A DNA stretch of 64,000 nt from Malacoraja senta (Eukaryota), in NCBI GenBank assembly GCA_038087875.1, contig CM075977.1, positions 375,100,001-375,164,000 of the forward strand, in the 5' to 3' direction. Each line of letters begins with the position of its first letter. Position 1 is the stretch's first letter. This document shows, piece after piece, positions 50,771 to 64,000 of the stretch. The position numbers and the translations under genes were made by a program. Below the pieces are notes generated by a model. The model searched no databases. It was not told the DNA's origin and saw only the letters and a program-made list of their open reading frames with translations.

Positions 50771-51476
50771 AAGTTATCACGCAGAATTCTGCCAAAAGAT
50801 GAAAAAGGTGCAAAAGTCAATAAAATCAATCAAACAAAAAGTGTAACAGCGACAACAAACATGGATTTTTTTTTTAAAAGCTTAGCACGAAGGGAAGATA
50901 AATAGAATGAAAATATGTACATGTCTTCGAAGTCCCAAGTTGACGTAGGACATATTTAATATCTAGGTTTACATTTCGATATAGAACGAATGCAGGAAAA
51001 AACAAGTCTGGACCATGGGATAATCTGGAAAGAAAAGATTGAAGACCACTGGGCTTGAGGATATCAGTAAAGGCGAGGGAGAATGTGAATGCAACCACAG
51101 ATATATTATCAGCAAATCAACCTCTTGTAAGTGGTAAGTGAGATGTCCAGTGAACCACACTAAATATAGAAAATAAAAACAGATTTTTATAAGGTTTGGA
51201 CACAGTTAAACCATTGACAGAAGGACTGGCATGCCACTGTAGTTGAGTGAAAAGACAGTATTAGGCACAGTAGAAATAAGATGGATTGAATGATAATCCT
51301 CGATATGGTCTTTAGTGGAGAATGTTGTCATAACTTTTTTTCTGTCACATTCAAAACATCAAAATCACCATGGGGACTAGTAGATTAATATAACATAGAG
51401 CATATACCGGAACAAAACATGAACAGGCTCTTGTTTCCATAATGTCTGTGCTGAACATGATGCCACGACCAACAAA

Positions 51477-51798
51477 GGGGCAGTCACTGTGGCGCAGCGG
51501 TAGAGTTGGTGCCTTACAGCGAATGCAGCACAGGACACCCGGGTTCAATCCCGACTACGGGTGCCGTCTGTACGGAGTTTGTATGTTCTCCCCATGATCT
51601 GCGTGGGTTTTCTCCGAGATCTTCGATTTCCTCCCACACACCAAAGACGTACAGGTTTGTAGGTTAATTGGCTTGGTAAATGTAAAAATTGTCCCTATTG
51701 GATGTAAGATAGTGTTGATCCGCGATAGCGGGGATCGCTGGTCGGTGCGAACCTGGTGGGCCGAAGGGCCTGTTTCCGCGCTGTATCTCGAAACTAAA
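51477..51798 (+). mobile_element. HE1-like V-SINE, full length and young
   Basis: A box TGGCGCAGCGG (51490-51500), B box GGTTCAATCCC (51542-51552), V-domain, CR1 tail, and flanking ACCAAC repeats. Confidence 0.9.
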
Positions 51799-52463
51799 CC
51801 AACTCTTATCACATAATCCATATCCCAGCGCTCTCTGCACATCCATGTGGCTATCCACAAGTCGGTTAATTCCCACTATTTAATCCGGCTCCACCAGCAT
51901 CCATGGCAATGCATTCCAGGCACTCACAACCATCTGTACAAAACAAAACTTGCCCCACACATCTCTTTTAAACTTTGCTCCTTTCACCTTGAACCGATAC
52001 TCTCCAGTATTTTTACATCCTGTGTCAAAGACTACTGACTGTCTACCCTATCTATGCCTCTCCTGATTTTAGCTTCTTCCATCGTCTCCCCTCAATCTCC
52101 AACATTCCAGAGAAAACACTCTAAATCTGTCCAATATCTCCCTGTAGCTAATATTCCCTAATCCGGGCAGCATTCTGGTAGATCTCTTCTTCACCCCTTC
52201 CAAAGCCTCCACATTCTTCCTGTAATGGGCGAGTAGAACCACACAATACTTCAAATGCACCCTAACTAAAGTCCTCTAAAGCTCCGTCATGATTTTGTAA
52301 CTCGGACACCTCATCTCCTGATCAATGAAAGCAAGCATACTATATTCCCTCAGCACTCAAGGGCCTGAGCTATAAGGAGGTTGAGCAGGCTAGAACTTAT
52401 TGCTTGGAGCACAGTGGCAAAGGAAACAGGCCCTTCAGCCCACCGTCCACAACGACCAGCGAT

Positions 52464-53245
52464 CATAGAAACATAGAAACATAGAAAATAGGTGCAGGAG
52501 TAGGCCATTCGGCCCTTTGAGCCTGCACCGCCATTCAATATGATCATGGCTGATCATCCAACTCAGTATCCTGTACCTGCCTTCCCTCCATACCCCCTGA
52601 TCCCTTTAGTCACAAGGGCCACATCTAACTCCCTCTTAAATATAGCCAATGAACTGGCCTCAACTACCTTCTGTGGCAGAGAGTTCCAGAGATTCACCAC
52701 TCTCTGTGTGAAAAATGTTTTTATCATCTCGGTCCTAAAGGATTTCCTCTTTATCCTTAAACTGTGACCCCTTCCCCAACATCGGGAACAATCTTCCTGC
52801 ATCTAGCCTGTCCAACCCCTTAAGAATTTTGTAAGTTTCTATAAGATCCCCCCTCAATCTTCTAAATTCTAGTGAGTACAAGCCGAGTCTATCCAGTCTT
52901 TCTTCATATGAAAGTCCTGACATCCCAGGAATCAGTCTGGTGAACATTCTCTGTACTCCCTCTATGGCAAGAATGTCTTTCCTCAGATTTGGAGACCAAA
53001 ACTGTACGCAATACTCCAGGTGTGGTCTCACCAAGACCCTGTACAACTGCAGTAGAACCTCCCTGCTCGTATACTCAAATCCTTTTGCTATGAATGCTAA
53101 CATACCATTCACTTTCTTCACTGCCTGCTGCACCTGCATGCCTACTTTCAATGACTGGTGTACCATGACACCCAGGTCTCGTTGCATCTCCCCTTTTCCT
53201 AATCGGCCACCATTTAGATAATAGTCTACTTTCCTGTTTTTGCCA
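52464..53245 (-). mobile_element. Young CR1 LINE 3' fragment inserted in a V-SINE
   Basis: ORF 52735-53187 is an intact CR1 ORF2 C-terminal region, with a (TTTCTATG)n tail and GATC at both junctions. Confidence 0.92.
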
Positions 53246-53634
53246 TGGATCCTCGCACACTAACACTATCCTACACACACTAGGAACAATTTACATTTAT
53301 ACGTCAATTAACCTACAAACCTCCATGTCTTTGGAGTGTGGGAGGAGGTATACATTTTTTTACACACAAAAGTGGTAGGTATATGGAAAGAGCTGCCGGA
53401 GGAGGTAGTTGAGGCAGATTCTGTCATTTAAAAAACATTTGGACAAATACAAGGATAGGATAGGTTTAGAAGGATATGGGCCAAATGTAGGCAAGTGGGA
53501 CTAGTGTAGATGAGGAATGTTGGTCAGCATGGGCAAGTGGGACTAGTGTAGATGAGGAATGTTGGTCAGCATGGGCAAGTTGGGGCCCAGATTGTTTCCA
53601 GATTGTTTCCAGATTATATGGCTTCATGACTCTC

Positions 53635-55260
53635 TCCATCTACTTGTGTAGTCACATTCAGGAAGTTGTGGACTTGGACACCAATGTCTCTTTGTGTATC
53701 AATGCTGTTAAGAGTCATTCCAATAGTTGTATATTTTCCCCTTGCATTCGACATCAAAATGCAACAACTCATACTTGCTTAGATTAAACTCCATCTGCCA
53801 TTTCCCAGCCAATTTCTGCAGCTGATCTACAGTATATCCTGCTGTATACTTTGACAACCTTCCTCACAGTCCACATCTCCCCCCCCCAGATTTCTTGGTG
53901 TCATGTACAAGCCTACTAAACAACCTGTCTACATTTACATTCAAGTCATTTGTATGCAACATGAACATCAGAGGTCCCAGCACAGATGCCTGCGGATCTC
54001 CACTGGTCACAGATCGCCAGCCCAATTATTGTCCTTCCAGCTCAACCCTGTCTTTTATCAGTAAACCAGTTCAGAATCCATACGACCAAGTCAATATTAA
54101 TCCCATGCATCTTATCTTCTAGATCAGCCTACCCGGGGACTTTATCAAATGCCTTACTAAAATTAATGTAGACAACATCCACCGACTTACCCTTATCGAT
54201 CACATTCATCACCTCCTCACAAAACTCGATCAAAGGCATGTACACGGACATGCTCATTGTATTAACCCATTTCTTTTCCAAATGGAAGTAAATCCTATCC
54301 CAAAGGATCCTCTCCAATAGTTTTCCTACACCTGACACGAGGCTCACCACCTTATAATTCCATTGATTCTCCCTAATTCCTTTTCATACAAAGTTGCTGA
54401 GGACAAAGATCTCATCAAGCCAATCATCTCTCTCAATAACCTGGCATAGATCACATTAGGCCCTGGGGAGTTATCCACTTTAATGCTCTTCAAGAGCCAT
54501 GACACCACCCCTTTCTTAAACTCAACCTGCCCTTGCACATTCGGATTTTCCACACCAATCTTATTGTTCCCCATTAGTGAAAACAGATGCAAAGCATTTA
54601 TTTAGTTCTTCAACTACATCCCCTGACTCCAAGCACAAATTCCTTCCTTTATCCTTGAGCTTCTCCTTGGTCGCCCTCTTCCTTTTTTAAACAGGTATAA
54701 AATATTTTGGGATTTACTTTGATCCAATCTGCCAAAGTAATTTTGTGGATTCTTTTGGCCCTTCAAATCACCCGTTCAGTTGGGTCCTCCTTTATTTATA
54801 TTTCTCAAAGATCAAATTTACAACTTCATTGGTTATCCAAGATCCCCTTACCAAGACCATCCTTTTCCCTCCTTCTCACTGAAACATGCCAGTTCTCAAC
54901 TTTGATCAAATGGCCTTTAAATGGCTCCCAGTGGGTCAGATGGAGACTTACCCAATGACAACTACACCCAGTGTACCTTCCCAGGCTCACGTATAATAAT
55001 GTTGTAATCTGCCTTACTGCAGGTTAGTAACTTCCTGCAAGATCCATCCTGCTCTTCATTCAAAACAATATTAAAACCTATGGTTTGTGAGCACTTACTT
55101 CAAAGTTTACTTAACACTGCAATACCAGTCACCCGGCTATGCTCATTTCCCAACATAAGGACCAGTAATATTCCCTTCTCGGATTAGACCCTCCACGTAC
55201 TGGATCAAGAAACCTTCTTGGAAACACCTGACAAATTCTCTCCCATCCAAGCCCTTGGGA
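53635..55260 (-). mobile_element. Old CR1 ORF2 (RT) remnant
   Basis: IKVDNSPGPNVIYARLLRE, VSLVSGVGKLLERIL, and DVVYINFSKAFDKVP. Confidence 0.85.
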
Positions 55261-56879
55261 CTGAACAAGGCACAGCAAAGATCTTGACGCTCACAACCAT
55301 TTTAAGCACTCGACCATTTTCAATGTACAATGTTAACTGTTTTCATAACTAAGTATGTGGATGTCATGATGGAAGATGACCAGCTGTACTTCATTTTTGG
55401 CTTCTCAGTGTCTTCTATGATATGTAGACAGCTTGTAGATAAATAATTGGACTGCATGGGGAGCTGTGGTTTTACACAGTGCAAAGCTGGAAAAGTTAGA
55501 ATTGTACAATGACAACCGAAAAGTCAAAACAGAAGAACAGTCCATTTATCATAAGACTCAAGAATTGCGTGCTGAAACATAAATATGCCAATGTAGTTAC
55601 AAGTGAGAGTGTACCTTTAAGAACTAAATTTATCATGTGATGTAACAAGGGTGATCTCCAGATGCAGCGGTAGTAATGGCAGACGGTGGTCATGGAAGTT
55701 ACATTGGCAAGCACATATATATTTATCACCTTTACTAGACTACATTCAATGGTTTAGTTTAGTTTTATTGCCACATGTACCGAGGTACAGTGAAAAGCTT
55801 TTGTTGCGTGCTAACCAGTCAGCAGAAAGACAAAAGATGATTACAATCGAGTCATTTACAGTGTATAGATACATAAGGGAATAACCTTTAGTGCAAGATA
55901 GCAAAGTCTGATCAAGGATCCGAGGGTCATCAATGAGGTAGATAGTAGTTCTGCACTGCTCTCTGGTTGTGGTAGGATGATTCAGTTGCCTGATAACAGC
56001 AAATTGATTTACCCTGTCTCTAAATTAGTACATCTACAAATTTTCCTGGTTCTCTCCTAACCTTTTCTCTCTTTATTGTCACTTTCTCATTAAAACATCC
56101 ATTTATCTTTCAATATCAAGTTCTATTGAAGGGCAAGAGACTAAGATGTCAATCATTTGCCTTTTATCTGATCGACCTCCTTTAAAATTCACATGGCACA
56201 GCAGTGAAATACATAAAATGCAAGACGAAGAACCTTCAGAAAATGCAGCATCACCTTGAGAGTTTGTCTAGAACTTAGCCGAACCAATATTAAGGCTGCA
56301 TGGATAATGTGTCTATCAAAATCTTTGTTACTGTTTGCAGTAAAAGAGAGAAAAGATGCAAAAACTCAGCAAGCCTGGCTGCTTCAAGAGATTGGAACAG
56401 GTTGAGAAACAAATGTGTGTTTGAGCATGCATGCGTGGAAATAAACTGAATTCGCTTCTGTTAAAAAAAGTCCCTAGCGTGTAGAACAGAACAAGGGAGG
56501 TTGATGGTCGGCATGGACTCAGTGGGCTGAAGGGCCTGTTTCCAAATTTAATCTTTAAATTAAAACTAGGCTAATCTTTTGGAGGTCAAATCCAAGTAAA
56601 AGCTTATTAGTCTGAAACATTATTTTTGTTTCTTTGTCAGCAGATGCTGACTGACCTGCTGTGTAATTCTGTTTTTCCTGCTTTGATTTCAGATCTCACA
56701 ATTACTTGCAGCTCACTTTTGGGAGAATTTTCTACTGTTTGCAAAAATGATGCCTATCTACAAAGGCTCCCCAATGCATTGAATTTCTATTTCTTTTTCA
56801 TAACAGATGGTGAAATTACAGTCAAGGAGGAAAGGTTTAATCACAATTAATCTGGTGATATATCATCAACTTGTTATGG

Positions 56880-57565
56880 CACAGATATGTTAGATAGGGT
56901 GGTCATGAAGGCTTTCGGTTCATTGGCCTTCATCTGTCAGGGCATTGAGTACAGATCTTGGGATTTTCTGTTACAATTTTACAAGACATTGTTGCGGCCA
57001 ATGTAAAATGATCCCTTTTAGGACCAGTTTTGAGTCTATGCCCACATTGAGGAGCTCAAGGCATAGCTTGTCAAACATTTGGAGTATTGGGTTCAGTTTT
57101 GGTCACCCTTTTCTAGGAAAGATGCAGTGAAGATTAACAAAGATGTTGCCAGGATTTGAGGACTTGAGCTATAGAGGCTTGGACAGGCTAGGACCTTATT
57201 CCTTGGAGCACAGGAGGCTGATCTTATGGACAGAATAGATAGGGTCACTGCACATAAACTTTTACCCAGAGGAATCAAGAACCAGAGGAAATAGGTTTAA
57301 AGTGAGAGGGGAAATATATAATAGGAACCCGAGGGCAACTTTTCCCACACACAGGGTGGTGGGTATTTTGAACAAGTTCACAGAGGAGGCAATTGCAGCA
57401 GGTTCTATAAAAATATATAAAAGACATTTGGTTAGGAACTGTACATGGAGAGGAAAGGTTGAGAGGGATATGGACCAAATGCAGAAGGTGAGATCAGTGT
57501 AGATGGGGCATCTTGTTCAGCATGAGCAAGTTGGGCCAAAGGGTCCGTTTTCATGCTGTATGACT
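56880..57565 (+). mobile_element. Old CR1 3' fragment
   Basis: TTGGAGTATTGGGTTCAGTTTTGGTCACCC (LEYxVQFWSP) and a CR1 tail. Confidence 0.8.
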
Positions 57566-58889
57566 TTCTCATTCTAACCCCATATGCTGGAGATTGTTAA
57601 CAATATGCAGTAGAGACTCTGATTTCTGTCATACTGAGACTCCTCAAACCCCTCAGCCCCTGCTTAATGCTTTGGATTAATCAGGCTGACCTCAATATGA
57701 AGTGCGAGAGTGTGGGTGGCATGAAGAAGTTAATGGCCTCCATGGTGCTGGCATCAGTGAAATGTCAGCCAGGATTGCTGACTGTAATCACTTACCAGAG
57801 ACCATGACAGGATACGTATTGAATACGTTTATTGGCAAAGTATTCACATACAAGGAATTTGCCTTGGTGCTACACCCACAAGTGACAACATGACAGTGAC
57901 AGTTAGGAATGACATATAAAACATTAAACATTAATAATAAAACATTATCGACTAAACATGTGAATCAAATAAAATACCAGAGCAAAGGGAGGCTACAGAT
58001 TTTTGGTTTATTGAGTAGAGCTACTCATGGAAAAGAGCTGTTTTTATGTCTGGCTGTGTGCCTCAAAGAGAACTGTTGAGAACAATATAGAGGGGGGAGG
58101 GTGGGGGGAGCTGCGAACTGCCCCCTGAAAGGCAGGTGGTTTTCCAAGGGGCTCACTGCTAAGCTTCCATTGAATGATGATTGAGAAAAGAAAACTCAAT
58201 TCGGGGAAGAAAAGACACGGAGTAAGATAGTTAATAGAAAGGGTCCATGCAAAGCTCTTCTGACATTCATAACCCACTCACAGTTCCATCTCGCACACTG
58301 TAACATCATCGAAACACATTGATTGAGTTAGAGCCTGAACCTGCTCTTGGTATCTATTACATTGTCTATGCTGCATGTGTTTTGATCTTTCGGGAAGCTT
58401 TTCCATTCTGCCAATTGGACATACATTTTCAAAATCACAGATAACCTACAGAAAATGCTTCCTTGTCAATCATATGATGAAGGAAGGCAACTGTGAAGGC
58501 TGACCGAATTTGGCATAATTAATAATTATTATCATCTAATTCAATGTCCACTGCACCTGTCTCTAATTAAGTGAGTCTCCAGGACAAGTACCATTAAGAT
58601 TCCTATATCAACTCTGCATAGATTAAACCTGGCCCTGATCCAAGGTCCCTATTCACTGATGTAGTTACACAGTGGTGTGTGTATTAGCATGGAAATATAG
58701 AGGGAAACAGTTTCAATTAAAACTAAATATAACAGGTTTCTTTTTCATTGAGTAAGGGCCAATCTGCATCATGTACAAAAACAAGATCTCAGTGAGTACT
58801 GGTAAGCCGATACAAAAATTGTTTTTAAAAGCATGCAAATCAAGTGAAGAAAGCTAGACTTTCTTTTATTTAGAGGCTTTCATAATATC

Positions 58890-59200
58890 ATACCATTCCA
58901 AAATATTTTACAGCTAATGAAGTACTGTGAAGTGTAATCAGTGATCTAACATTGGAAAAGTAGTATGTGACATGTGAACAGCATAAATCCACAAAGAGTA
59001 ATGAGATACTGATCAGATAATGTATTTTTCTGATGTTTGCAGTGGGAACGATCAGAAGCCAGGTCACCTGGGAGAAATCATCTGCTCTAAGTTGTTGTGA
59101 AATCTTTTCCATCCGTCTTAGAGCCTGATTGAACTGTGGGTTAAAGTCTCGAGCAAATGCCAGGACTTCCGACAGTGTTGGCTCGGTACACTATATCTGT
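58890..59200 (-). mobile_element. Ancient Deu-domain (SacSINE1-like) SINE remnant
   Basis: Colinear with the recalled consensus (TTTACAGCYAATGAAGTACT..., GCCAGGWCACC.GGGAGAA.TC..CTGCTCT, ...TCCGACAGTG). Similar pieces lie at about 42660-43050 and 59620-59720. Confidence 0.65.
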
Positions 59201-59293
59201 ACACTTGGTAATTGAGAATGTGCTTAAGTATGGGAATACTGTGCTGGATTGTATGTAAGAAAAGAATGTCACTGTCGTTTGCACATTTAACTT

Positions 59294-59592
59294 GTTTATA
59301 GATACAGCGCGGAAATAGAACCCTTGGGCCCTTCGATTCCTCGCCGACCAGCGATCCCCGCACACTACCACTATCCTACACACACTAGGGACAATGTACA
59401 ATTTTACCAGGCCAATTAGCCAACAAACCTGTACGTCTTTGGAGTGTAGGAGGAAACCGGAGCTCCCGGAGAAAACTCACGCAGGTACCGGGGAGAACGA
59501 GCAAACTCCATACAGACAGCATCTGAAGTAAGGATCAAACCCGGGTCACTGGCACTGTAAGGCAACAAGTCTACCGCTGCACCACCTTGCTG
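59294..59592 (-). mobile_element. HE1-like V-SINE
   Basis: Head GGTGGTGCAGCGGTAGAC...GGGTTTGATCC, V-domain and tail. Confidence 0.85.
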
Positions 59593-61214
59593 TGTTGCCC
59601 CATGTGACAATATAAGCACCACTGAACCATCAGTGTTGTTGTAAAGTGTACACATGTGGACAATGTGTTCAGGTCTCTGGAACAGGATTTGAATCGACGA
59701 CGTCCTGATCAAAGCCTTTGCCGACCACTTCTGCTGAAGATTTATGGAGCTGTAACATTATTCAAAAGAAGAGCAAGGTACTCCCCTGGTCAACACCTTC
59801 TTTCAAGAAGCCTGAAGAATAACCATTCTCAGCTTCAAAATTAATTAATAATGTGATATATTATAAAATGTTTCAACAAAATTTTGTGTTCTAAAAATTC
59901 AATTGCAATTATAAGAAGTCATTTTTATTCTCTGACAGGCATGGTGGAGGTGGTGCAGAGGGTTCATTGCAAGTTCCAAGGATCACAAGAGCAATGCCAG
60001 CAATTGGGAAAACAGACTAATTGCTGTGAACACATAATTTCCCCGGTGCTGAAGGGAATGCACAGAATTTGACCCCATCAGGAGAAATTTGACAGCACAA
60101 TGTCAAGCCATGGCCACAGACATCAGCTTAATAATGAAAAAACCTCAAGTTGTGAATCAGAAGTAGCAAGGAGGAATGCTTTGTAAATGAGAAAAAGATC
60201 ACAACCCTTGATTGCTGGTCAATGCAATAAAATAATGCCAAAAAGAGACACAACATCATGGCTGATTAGACAAAACGGTGCCTGAGCTGTGAATCCATTT
60301 GTGAGCAGAACCTTAACTGATCCATGGGGTGTTTTTAGACGCCATGAGGTCATTCTGCAGAAACACAGTATTGAACTGCAGCTTTACATTGTGCTTGAAA
60401 TCTCAGAGCTCAAGAGTGGACTCTTGCACATGTCCCTGTTCTGATCTGGTACAAATGAGCATTACTTATTCTATAGATTGCTAAATCCCCTCAGACATCC
60501 TGGCCAAATTTAGTTTAGAAGGATGAGAGGGTACCACATTGAAACTTACTGAGTAATGAAAGGCCTGGATAGAGTGGATGCGGAGGGGATGTTTCCACTA
60601 GTGGGAGAGTCTCGGACCCGAAGCCGTTTTCTTTAATCAGAGGGTGGTGAATCTGTGAGAATTCATTTAAGATAAATGTGGTGCAATCAAGAAATCATGA
60701 TGACAAAATTCATGACTCTCTGGAATTCATTGCCACAGAAGGCTGTAGAGGCTGTCAATTGATATGTTTAAGGCAGAGATGGGTAGATTCTTGATCAGTA
60801 CAGGTGTCAGAGGTTACTGTATGTGGAGAAGGCAGGAGAATAGGGTTCAGAGGGAAAGATAGATCAGCCATGATTGAATGGTGGAACAGACGATAGGCCG
60901 AATGGCCTAATTCTGCTTTGATAACTTATGAACAAGTGCCATTATTTTTCCGTATAGTTTCTTTGACTGGGTAGCATGCTTTTCACTGTACCTCTGTACA
61001 CGTGACAATAATAATAAACTAAACTAAACATTATTGTAGAATCCACTCAAACTTCCGATCTGCACTGTTAGCCAAGAACTAATTAGTCCCACTGAAATGT
61101 TGGCATGCAACCATCCCATGGGACAGAATATTAACTAAGCCAAACTATATCCCAACTTAGCCACATCTGAAAATCCCCCAGTGGAGTTACTGGAAAACAT
61201 GGCTAATCGTTTTT

Positions 61215-61705
61215 GCATTCATTCAAGAGATGTGGGCTTTGCAGGCTCAGTCAGCATTTAATTACCCACCCCAAATTTTCCCCTTGAGAAGGCGGTGGTG
61301 AGCTGCCTTCTTGAACCATTGCAATACTTGTGGTTTGGGCATGCCCGCAATGCTGTTTGGGATTTTGACTCAGCAAAGGTAAACAGTGATACATTTTCAA
61401 GTCAGGATGTGTGCGGCATGGAGGGCAACCTCCAGGTCCTAGTGTTCCCCATACTACTGTTGCCTTTGTCCTTCTGCTTGTTGTAGGTTGTGGGTTTAGA
61501 ACAGAGCTGTCTATGGAGTTTTGGGAGTTGCTGCAGTGCATTTGCGGATGTACAAATGCTGTTACTGTGTCAGTGGAATAGGTTGTGGATTGGGTGCCTA
61601 TCAAACAGGCTGCTACACCCTGCATGGTGTCAGGCATCTTGCCTGGTGCTGAGGCTTCAGTCATCTAGGCATGTGGAAAGTGTTCCATCACATTCCTCAT
61701 GAGCC
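61215..61705 (-). mobile_element. Old LINE 3' end (partner of the SINE at 63335-63680)
   Basis: Minus-strand tail ...CCACCGCCTTCTCAAGGGGAAAATTTGGGGTGGGTAATTAAATGCTGAC...CCCACATC. Confidence 0.6.
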
Positions 61706-62554
61706 TTACGGTTATGGGGAAAAGGCAGGAAAATGGGATTAGGAGGCAGAGATCAGCCACGATTGAATGGCGGAGTAGACTCGAATGGCCAGATGGTCTA
61801 ATTCTACTCCTATAACTTGTAAACTTGAGCCTTGAAGATGATGGATGGGTCTTTGGGAGCTTCTAAACCTCTTCTATGTATGCATCTGTCTAAGAAACAT
61901 TTAGACAGGTACATGGATAGGACAGGTTTAGAGGGATATGGACCAAACGCAGGCAGGTGGGACTAGTGTAGATGGGACACGTTGGCCAGTGTGGGCAAGT
62001 TGGGCCGAACAGCCTGTTTCCACACTGAGTTAACACACAAGTTACTCACCACAGGATGTGATCTGCTCTTGTGGCCACACAATGTATATATGGCTACTTC
62101 AGCTCAGTTTCTAGTCAATGGCAAACCCCAGGATATTGACACATTGATAGTAATAGCATGGAATGTCAGGGGCTGATACCCAGATTTTCTGTTGTTGGAT
62201 ATAGCCATTGCCTTGCGTTTGTGTAGCACGTGTGATTTGGCACCTGTCAGCCCACTCCTGGACATTGTCCAGGTCTTACTGCATTGGGATGTGGCCTACT
62301 TCATCACCCAAGGAGTTATAAATGGTACTGAATATTGTGCAATCATCAGCAAACATCCTGCTTCTGACCTTTGACTGAAGGAAGGTCATATTTCTGCTCA
62401 GGGTGGCACAGCAGTACAACTGCTCCCTCACAGCACCAGAGACCTGGGTTCAATCTCCGCCATGGGTGACGTTTGTGCCAAGTTATTTAGCAAGCAAATT
62501 AAAGCTTTTTTCACTCTACCTAAATATAACTCACAATAGTAAACCTAAATCTAT

Positions 62555-63260
62555 AAAGTTTCCTTTATTGTCATTCAAACTTTTAGTTTGAACGAAATTG
62601 CATACCTTGCAGTCATGACAGAAAATAAAATAACAGAACACACAATGAACACAGTTTAACATCCATCACAGTGAGTCTACCAGGCACCTCCTCGCTGTGT
62701 CTTAAAGTCCTTGTCTTTTCCTTCCGTGTTTGTTCTCCCTCTGCGTTCCAGGCGATCCAGGCTTTCGATGTTGGGCCCCCGCCGGGTGATGGTAAGTCCC
62801 GCGGCCGAATCCAAGCTCCGCAAACGGGCCGGTTCAAACTCCACGGCCCGGGGCAGACGAAGCCGCCACCCTCCAGTCCAGCGGACGAAGCTGTTGTTGC
62901 AGGAGCTCCGGAGAATCGGTCACCAACCTGGGATCTGCGAGCTCCCGATGTTGTCGTCCACTGGGCCCGCGGCCGAAGCCTCCGAGGCTCCGAAGTCGGG
63001 CCGCCGCCGCAGCGCCACCACAGCCCCGAAGTCGGCCAGCTTCGCGATGGTGAGTCCAGGCTCTGCCTCCGGAGCCTCGAGGTCGGTCCCAGTTGGAGGC
63101 CGCCAGCTCCACGATTAGGCCTCAGCGCAGACGGAGACGGAGATACGACAAAGAAAAGGTCGCATCCCCCCGAAAAAAGAGACTAAAACAAGTTTCCCAC
63201 ACCACACATACACAACTAAAAATAAACTAAAACATACATCCAACAAGACAAAAGATGGAA
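62555..63260 (-). mobile_element. CpG-rich non-autonomous retroposon
   Basis: Same layout as 32792-33579: T-rich head, GC-rich body with repeated GGAGC/CCGAAGTCGG motifs, core, and AATAAA tail. Confidence 0.7.
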
Positions 63261-63334
63261 AGGGTTGGGATTGATGGCACCTTTTAAGCCAGGGAAAGTG
63301 ACACAGATCTTGATCCAAGTTTAGGTGCCGACTT

Positions 63335-63680
63335 GAGGTACAGTAACGTAATGGTTAAGCTATTGAAGTAACGGACAGAGCATTTTGAATGCAACCATGG
63401 CTGTTGAGCAACATATATTTAGCTTACCAAAGAGAACAGGAATGCAAACAAAAAGCTAGTCTCAGCAATTGTAACCAAGAAATTATCAGATTGTTTTTAG
63501 AAACCCATCAGGTTCACTAATGTCTTTCATGGGAGGAAATCCCTCCTTACCCTCTCCGTTCTATATGTGACTCCAAACCCAATTACACATTTGACTCTGA
63601 ACAGCCTTCTCAGTTCAGGAACTATTAAGGATAGACAATAAATGCAGCATTGCCGGGACCATTTACATCCTGTGTATAAA
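63335..63680 (+). mobile_element. Old tRNA-derived SINE, second family
   Basis: AAGCTAGTCTCAG...AAACCCATCAGGTTCACTAATGTC...GGATAGACAATAAATGCAGC...ACATCC. Confidence 0.6.
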
Positions 63681-64000
63681 TAAGTAATCTTAAAAATCCT
63701 ATGTGTGGAAGGCTGTACAATGAATTCACATCTTTCAAATGTGTTGAATCCATCTTTCTAATTTCACAATGTTTCTTTTACCCAAAAATAGACCTTGGCT
63801 CTTCAGCGTTGATAAATGCTGTGCTCTAAATGGCAATCATTTCAAGGGAGTCCTAGAGTGTGGAAACAGGCCCTTTGGCCCAACTTGCCCACGCCGAACA
63901 ACATGCCCCATCTACACTAGTCCCGCCTGCTTGCTTTTGGTCCATCGCCCTAAACCTGCCATATCCATGTACCTGTCTACAAGTTTCTTAAAAGTTGCCA

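Noticed and set aside
51477-51560. tRNA-like A/B boxes
   Set aside because: It is a SINE head, not a tRNA gene: it continues into the V-domain and LINE tail.
52735-53187. 150-aa ORF considered as a host gene
   Set aside because: It is a CR1 ORF2 C-terminal fragment, 5' truncated.
53490-53616. 42-bp and 11-bp tandem duplications
   Set aside because: Local slippage inside a CR1 tail.
1-64000. Conserved microRNA, snoRNA, rRNA or viral genes
   Set aside because: None recognised by eye. An Rfam/miRBase scan would be needed to exclude them.

Overview
Eukaryotic, repeat-dense vertebrate DNA. The repeat content (HE1-type V-SINEs sharing a 3' tail with HER1/CR1-type LINEs, Rex1/Babar LINE ends, Penelope-like element (PLE) pieces, an ancient Deu-domain SINE) points to a cartilaginous fish, probably a skate or ray; this is inference. 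There is no complete gene and no prokaryotic feature. Almost every ORF in the supplied track is a LINE ORF2 C-terminal fragment or a spurious frame in a GC-rich repeat. The window looks like the 3' part of a large minus-strand gene that I cannot name. It has a candidate 59-nt cassette exon (25376-25434), a candidate last coding exon starting at 13949, and probably a long 3' UTR. The most distinctive signals are mobile-DNA systems. (1) About 20 short PLE-derived units, often fold-backs with 10-16 bp target-site duplications (TSDs), carry a minimal hammerhead-ribozyme-like core (CTGAAGA-A-stem II-GAAACGTC). (2) Six PIF/Harbinger MITEs are present, five of them sharing an internal 20-22 bp palindrome. 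(3) A 28-bp micro-transposon has 11-bp TIRs and a perfect 8-bp TSD. (4) A 1036-bp TIR element has GTAG...CTAC ends and a 5-bp TSD. (5) A non-autonomous Helitron is present. (6) A family of CpG-rich non-coding retroposons ends in Rex1-type tails. Coordinates were counted by hand; boundaries of old, degraded repeats are approximate. Repeat family names come from recalled consensus sequences, not from a database search.
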